Below, piece by piece: positions 55,434-64,000 of a stretch of DNA of 64,000 nt (position 1 is its first letter; each line of letters starts with the position of its first letter). The stretch is from an uncultured Fibrobacterota bacterium. Its GTDB lineage: Bacteria; Fibrobacterota; Chitinivibrionia; Chitinivibrionales; FEN-1185. The notes under the pieces are model-generated. The model made no database searches, was not told the DNA's origin, and saw only the letters and a program-made list of their open reading frames with translations. Location of the stretch: the NCBI GenBank assembly GCA_963753345.1, contig CAVWBU010000015.1, positions 32,001 through 96,000 on the forward strand, read 5' to 3'. The position numbers and the translations under genes are program-made.

Positions 55434-56540
55434 ATGATTTCTGCCGGTGAAGCTCCCCGCGCCAGCCTTCTGCTTATCGACGACGAATTGCCGATATGCA
55501 TCGGCGTTTCAGGCCTGCTGGAGATGATGGGATTTACGTCCAGCTACGCGCTCGATGGCGCTGAAGGAATGCAGTTTCTCGAGGAACACCCCGAAACCGA
55601 TGTCGTTCTTCTCGATATCAATCTCGGGGCCGGGAAATCGGGCATGGATCTTCTGCCGGAGATCCGCGAGCGGTTCAAGCATGTGCAGGTGATGATGTTC
55701 ACATCGCACGATTCGCTCAGCACGGGACTGGAGTGCATGAAGAAGGGCGCGGCCGACTACCTCACCAAACCCTTTGACGAAAAGGATTTTCTCAAGAAGA
55801 TCCCCGCGGTGATCGCAAAGAAAAATATGGCCCGGCTCAACGAGCTGTATTTCGGGATCCTCATCCATGACCTCAAGAGCCCGCTGCAATGCATTGTCGG
55901 GGCGTGGGAAATTTCAAAAACGTACCTTCCGGAAACGCTTACCGAAACACAGCGCCGTGTGGTCGCGACGGGCGACGCGGGAATAGTTCAATTGAAATCC
56001 ATGATTGACAACATGCTCAGCGTTGCGAAGCTTGAGTCGGGAACGTATCCTGTGGTCAAGGAAGAATTTTGCGTGAATCGGACGGCCGAGGAAGTCTTGA
56101 GCCCCTTGCGTCTTCAGATTGCGTCTTCGTCACGGAGAATTGACGCCAAATACTCCCACCCAGGAGAATACCGAATCGTTTCGGACAAGGAACTGTTCGC
56201 GCGTGTGCTGTTCAACATCCTTGTCAATGCCATCAGGTATACGCCGTCCGGCGAAAAGATCACGGTGAGGTTCGAGCAGAAAGAGAACGGGGAATTTAAG
56301 ACCGCGATCCACAATCCCGGATCGTATGTGGAGCGCAATCACCGGGAAGACATTTTTGACAAATTCGCGAGCGTGTATCTGACAAGACAGGGCTCCGGAA
56401 CCGGCAATTTCGGGCTTGGTCTCACCTTTTGCAAGATGGCGGTCGAGGCAATGGGCGGCAGGATCTGGGTCGAGTGCGAAGAAAATACGCCGTCGGCCAC
56501 GTTTAATTTCGTGGTAAAGGCCGACGGCTCGCCCTTGTAG
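55434..56540 (+). CDS. Hybrid REC-histidine kinase
   Basis: REC domain, then 'HDLKSPL', 'NAIRYT', 'GLGLTFCK'. Confidence 0.92.
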   Translation: MISAGEAPRASLLLIDDELPICIGVSGLLEMMGFTSSYALDGAEGMQFLEEHPETDVVLLDINLGAGKSGMDLLPEIRERFKHVQVMMFTSHDSLSTGLECMKKGAADYLTKPFDEKDFLKKIPAVIAKKNMARLNELYFGILIHDLKSPLQCIVGAWEISKTYLPETLTETQRRVVATGDAGIVQLKSMIDNMLSVAKLESGTYPVVKEEFCVNRTAEEVLSPLRLQIASSSRRIDAKYSHPGEYRIVSDKELFARVLFNILVNAIRYTPSGEKITVRFEQKENGEFKTAIHNPGSYVERNHREDIFDKFASVYLTRQGSGTGNFGLGLTFCKMAVEAMGGRIWVECEENTPSATFNFVVKADGSPL

Positions 56541-56599
56541 CATTTCCCTTTTGCAGGGTTGACAAGTTTGCGCCCTCCAGCTATTTTCTTGCCCACCCC

Positions 56600-57589
56600 A
56601 TGAACCTTCTTTCAAAAGCGCACGATCTGCTGCAAAAATCGCTTGATGATTGCATTTCCCCGCAGGATCTCGACGCCGTTATCGCATGGCCTTTGGAGGA
56701 AATCTCGCTGCTGTTCGCATGTGCCGATCGTGTGAAGCGAACGTTTTTCCACAACACGGTCGATCCGTGTGCGCTCATGAACATCAAATCGGGAAACTGT
56801 TCGGAAGACTGTGCGTTCTGCAGCCAGTCATCGCGCAACAAGACCGACGTGCCGATACGGGATTTGGCGGGTAAGGACGAGATTATCGCCGCCAGCAGAG
56901 CCGCGGCGGAGAAAGCCCTTGCTTTTTGCGTGGTTTCCAGCGGCAGGCGGGTCGCACCCACCGAACTCAAGAAGGTGGCGGCCGCGCTCAAACAATGCCG
57001 CGGAGAAAAACACGCTTCCCTTGGTATTCTTTCCGAAGAAGAATTCCGGCTGCTCAAGTCAGCGGGCGTGACGTGCTATAACCACAACCTTGAGACGAGC
57101 AGGCGGTACTACGCATCGATCGTGTCAACTCACCGGTACGATGACCGTGTGAATACGGTGCGCGCGGCGCAAAAGGCCGGACTTCGCGTGTGCTGCGGAG
57201 GGATATTCGGCATGGGCGAGACGTGGGAAGACAGGAAGGCCTTGTGCCTGGAGCTTGGGGCGCTCAATGTCGACACGATACCAATGAACTTTCTTATTCC
57301 CATCCCCGGCATACGGGTGGCGCCGGCCTCGGAGTCGCCGCTGGAGTTTCTCAAGATCGTATCGATGTTCCGGCTCGCTCATCCCCGCAGGACCATAAAG
57401 GTCTGCGGCGGCAGGGAAAAAAACCTCGGCCCGATGCAGTGCCTTATTTTCTGCGCCGGTGCAAACGGATATATCTCGGGCGGATACCTTACGACGCAAG
57501 GAAACGGGATAGAGGCGGATGACGAGATGATAAGGCTTCTTGGATTGACAAAGAAGCACGTGAGGAAGATGGCACTTTACCCTATATAA
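56600..57589 (+). CDS. bioB: Biotin synthase
   Basis: 'CSEDCAFCSQS', 'YNHNLETS', 'CCGGIFGMGE', 'GYLTT'; TTGACA-N17-TATTTT at 56559. Confidence 0.95.
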   Translation: MNLLSKAHDLLQKSLDDCISPQDLDAVIAWPLEEISLLFACADRVKRTFFHNTVDPCALMNIKSGNCSEDCAFCSQSSRNKTDVPIRDLAGKDEIIAASRAAAEKALAFCVVSSGRRVAPTELKKVAAALKQCRGEKHASLGILSEEEFRLLKSAGVTCYNHNLETSRRYYASIVSTHRYDDRVNTVRAAQKAGLRVCCGGIFGMGETWEDRKALCLELGALNVDTIPMNFLIPIPGIRVAPASESPLEFLKIVSMFRLAHPRRTIKVCGGREKNLGPMQCLIFCAGANGYISGGYLTTQGNGIEADDEMIRLLGLTKKHVRKMALYPI

Positions 57590-57594
57590 ATAGG

Positions 57595-57750
57595 ATGGGC
57601 GTTTCCCTCCCCCTCGACAAAGCTCGGGGTCGGGTCGGCCCTCCCTCCGGTCTCGGCCTTCGGCCTCGGGCTGCCACGGCCCTATGGCCCACAGGGCCGG
57701 GTCCGGGCAGCATCCCGCTTTGGCGGGACCTCCGGTCCTGCCTAACGCAT
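57595..57750 (+). repeat. Family A repeat, copy A11
   Basis: ATGGGCGTTTCCC...GCCTAACGC. Confidence 0.88.
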
Positions 57751-57860
57751 GCGCATGTGACAAGTGCTGACCCGAATTTTCGCAAATGCTTGACATGCGA
57801 CAGTTGACAAAAGTGCGTGCATCCTAATTCACTATTGCCGCGAAGCGGCATTCCATTGAG

Positions 57861-58005
57861 GTTGCGTTGCGAAGGGGCGACGCCACGCGAGCGTAAGTCG
57901 AGCGTACTTGGCGCGCCCCTTTGCTGGAGGGGGTAGCGGAAGACACCGGAGGCCGAAGGACGAGGAGGCTGGAGCGAGGGGGAAACGCAAAGCGGTGCCC
58001 CCACC
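57861..58005 (-). repeat. B-related subfamily C repeat (C2)
   Basis: Minus strand GGTGGGGGCACCGCT...CCGCTACCCCCTCCAGCA...CGCAACGC. Confidence 0.7.
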
Positions 58006-58083
58006 AAGAACTTCAATTCAAATCTTGGCTTTGTTATTAATTTCTTTTTAATGCCTTTCTTAAATTTTTCTCACATTCCCGGC

Positions 58084-58112
58084 TTGACTCCTATGCCCGA
58101 AAACATTATTTT
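58084..58112 (+). promoter_or_regulatory. Putative sigma70 promoter
   Basis: TTGACT-N17-TATTTT, the same -10 variant as at 28624 and 56559. Confidence 0.55.
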
Positions 58113-58345
58113 GGTACAGGCTTAAGAGGGGGCCAAAACACAAAATGTTGTACTGCAAAGAGAGCGTGCATCCAAAATGTGGGGTGCCGTCGGGCACCTG
58201 GAAAGGTGCAGGGATTTAGAAAATGCGGAAAAACGCCGGGCATATTTTCAATCTTCTCCTACCGTGCCGGGCCTTTTTCTCTTCTCTCCTCCACGGAGGC
58301 GTATGGCCTCCGGGAGTCCCGGTTTCAACAAGCCGGATTTTCCCG

Positions 58346-58385
58346 AAAAGACATCTACCACGAAAAGGGTAGGTGTCTTTTTTTT
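58346..58385 (+). terminator. Intrinsic terminator upstream of carA
   Basis: AAAAGACATCTACC-loop-GGTAGGTGTCTTTT followed by a T run. Confidence 0.8.
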
Positions 58386-58455
58386 GATATGATTATATAT
58401 GATGAGAAATGATGATCGCGTTTGCAACTGTGGAAATCCATCAGAGGGGTGATTC

Positions 58456-59547
58456 TTGAAAGGTATACTGGCTCTGGAAGACGGAACCGTGTTCGAAGGC
58501 GAAGGCTTCGGCGCGCCTGGCGAAGCATGCGGTGAGGCGGTATTCAACACGAGCCTTACCGGATATCAGGAGGTGCTCACCGACCCGTCATACTGTTCGC
58601 AGATCGTGACCATGACCTATCCGCTTATCGGCAACTACGGCGTGAACGACGCGGACATCGAATCATCGCGCATTCAGGTGTCGGGCTTTGTTGTCAAGGA
58701 GTATTGCCCGTATCCGTCCAACTTCCGCTCGCAGAAATCGATTTCAGATTACCTCAGGGAAAGCGGCATCGTGGGCGTGGCGGGCATCGACACGCGCAGG
58801 CTCACGCGGCGGCTGCGCATCGCGGGTGCCATGAAGAGCATTGTCTGGGCGGGCGAGAAGGCGCCGCCCGTTTCGGCACTTGTTGACAAGGCGAAAGCCT
58901 GGGAGGGACTCGTTGGCCTCGACATTGTCAAGAACGTGACCTGCACAAAGGCTTACGAATGGGAACCGTCGAAAAACGGCCACCGGTTCAATGTGGTGGC
59001 GTTCGACTTCGGTATCAAGTTTAACATCCTCCGCATCCTCAAGTCGCTCGGGTGCAAGGTGACCGTGGTGCCTGCGTCAACCACTGCGGAGCAGGCGCTT
59101 GCATACAAACCCGACGGTATTTTTCTTAGCAACGGCCCTGGCGACCCTGCCGCGGTCACCTACGCCATTGAGACCATACGAAAACTGTTGGGCAAGCGAC
59201 CGATATTCGGCATTTGTCTCGGCCACCAGCTTCTGGGCCTTGCGCTGGGCGCGAAGACCTACAAGCTCAAGTTCGGCCACCGCGGGGCGAACCATCCAGT
59301 CAAGAACCTGGAGACCGGCGCCATCGCAATAACGTCGCAGAACCACGGGTTCTGCGTGGACATAGAAAGCCTCAAGGCGCGCGGGGTCGCCATGACGCAC
59401 GTGAACCTCAACGACCACACCTGCGAGGGCCTTTCCGATAAGTCAAACAGGATGTTCTGCGTGCAGTATCATCCGGAAGCGTCCCCAGGGCCGCACGATT
59501 CAGGATATCTGTTCAAACAGTTCATCACCATGATGGAGAAAGATTGA
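58456..59547 (+). CDS. carA: Carbamoyl-phosphate synthase small subunit
   Basis: '[10 protein letters not shown]', 'SNGPGDP', 'GICLGHQ', '[12 protein letters not shown]'. Confidence 0.97.
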   Translation: MKGILALEDGTVFEGEGFGAPGEACGEAVFNTSLTGYQEVLTDPSYCSQIVTMTYPLIGNYGVNDADIESSRIQVSGFVVKEYCPYPSNFRSQKSISDYLRESGIVGVAGIDTRRLTRRLRIAGAMKSIVWAGEKAPPVSALVDKAKAWEGLVGLDIVKNVTCTKAYEWEPSKNGHRFNVVAFDFGIKFNILRILKSLGCKVTVVPASTTAEQALAYKPDGIFLSNGPGDPAAVTYAIETIRKLLGKRPIFGICLGHQLLGLALGAKTYKLKFGHRGANHPVKNLETGAIAITSQNHGFCVDIESLKARGVAMTHVNLNDHTCEGLSDKSNRMFCVQYHPEASPGPHDSGYLFKQFITMMEKD

Positions 59548-62835
<3,288 letters not shown>

Positions 62836-62850
62836 GGAAGACATTGTCGA

Positions 62851-63044
62851 GTGGGGGAGGTCTCCCCTCGCTACGGCCCGGCCGCGCAGGTTTGCAAAGT
62901 AATATTCCGAATGTGCGCGTCCGGTCCTCCGCTACCCCCTCCTGGGTGGCCCCCTTGATGGCGCAGTGGCAAGCGCGACACATGGTTGTGGGGGCACCGA
63001 CGAAGAGCAGTTGAAAAGTTGAAACGTTGAATCGTTGAAACGTT
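62851..63044 (+). repeat. Family B repeat (B4) with GTTGAA tail
   Basis: Matches the reverse complement of 24975-25164. Confidence 0.88.
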
Positions 63045-63082
63045 CAAGAGATCGAGATTCGGAACTTTTCTTGTGGAGCAAT

Positions 63083-63178
63083 TGGCGGGAGACCCGGCCT
63101 CAAGGCATAGGGCGGGCGGCAACGAGGCGAATAGCCGGCCCGGAGGGAGACCGACCCCGCGAAGCGGGGGAACGCCCA
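63083..63178 (-). repeat. Family A repeat, truncated copy A12
   Basis: CGGCAACGAGGCGAATAGCC...GGAGACCGACCCC...GGAACGCCCA. Confidence 0.82.
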
Positions 63179-63242
63179 ATGATTTTATTAATTGTTTATT
63201 TATTGCAAACTTCACCAATATATTAAAAACGGGAGCCTCACC

Positions 63243-64000
63243 ATGCCCAAGTACATCTTTGTGACAGGCGGAGTCGTGTCGTCCCTCGGAAAGGGAATTA
63301 CCGCGGCGTCAATCGGGGTGCTTCTCAAGTCGCGCGGGCTGCGGATCGTGCACCAGAAATTCGATCCGTACCTCAACGTCGATCCGGGCACCATGAACCC
63401 GTACCAGCACGGTGAAGTGTACGTCACCGACGACGGCGCGGAGACCGACCTCGATCTCGGCCACTACGAACGGTTCACCGGCGTCACCACCAACAAGAAC
63501 TGCAACTACACCACGGGCCGCATCTACGACGCCATCATCAAGAAGGAGCGCAGGGGAGACTACCTGGGAGGAACCGTGCAGGTGGTTCCGCACGTCACCA
63601 CCGAAATCTGCAACAGCATCCGCAGCGTTGCCTCGGCGGAGGTCGACGTGGTGATATGTGAAATCGGCGGCACGGTGGGAGACATAGAAAGCCTTCCGTT
63701 CCTCGAGGCGCTGCGGCAGTTTAGGCTTCAGGAAGGCCGCAATAACGTGCTGTTTATCCATGTGACGCTTATCCCGTATTTGAAAATGGCGGGTGAAATC
63801 AAAACAAAGCCGACCCAGCATTCGGTGGGAAAACTTCGCGAAATAGGCATCATGCCCGACATGCTGATCTGCCGCACCGAGAAACACATCGACAAGGACT
63901 CGCGCAAGAAGATCTCCCTGTTCTGCAACGTTGACGAAGAGGCGGTGATCGAGGCTTTCGACGCTCCCCATTCGATCTACGAAGTGCCGCTCGACTTTGC
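63243..64000 (+). CDS. pyrG: CTP synthase, 3'-truncated
   Basis: Manual translation: [18 protein letters not shown]...[18 protein letters not shown]...KTKPTQHSV. Confidence 0.96.
   Translation, partial: MPKYIFVTGGVVSSLGKGITAASIGVLLKSRGLRIVHQKFDPYLNVDPGTMNPYQHGEVYVTDDGAETDLDLGHYERFTGVTTNKNCNYTTGRIYDAIIKKERRGDYLGGTVQVVPHVTTEICNSIRSVASAEVDVVICEIGGTVGDIESLPFLEALRQFRLQEGRNNVLFIHVTLIPYLKMAGEIKTKPTQHSVGKLREIGIMPDMLICRTEKHIDKDSRKKISLFCNVDEEAVIEAFDAPHSIYEVPLDF

Overview
GC-rich bacterial chromosomal window, probably Fibrobacterota (inferred from a fibro-slime domain, many FlgD-Ig/T9SS-like C-terminal domains and a PorV-family gene). 1-24.6 kb is an accessory block of secreted proteins: two tandem giant DUF2341-LamG-Ig-PKD paralogues, a fibro-slime protein, a clan GH-A hydrolase, a yefM-yoeB TA pair, two beta-helix paralogues and a DUF4114-like protein. 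25-40 kb holds envelope and housekeeping genes (GT2, radical SAM, acpS, CRP, PASTA, TPR, PorV-like, tsaB, ddl, glyQS, purC). Then come a GH2, an SOS-mutagenesis locus (lexA-dnaE2-imuB-like-DUF72 with convergent dinB), a signalling block, bioB and carA-carB-pyrG. Several genes carry frameshifts, possibly sequencing indels. The most striking unexplained signal is non-coding. From 24.7 kb onward most large intergenic gaps hold convergent pairs of 90-180 bp multi-stem repeats (12 copies of family A, 6 of family B/C). Family A shows compensatory base-pair changes and C-GNA-G triloops, which suggest folding as ssDNA. Oriented (GTTGANNN)n arrays accompany them. All calls were made by eye; no database searches were run.
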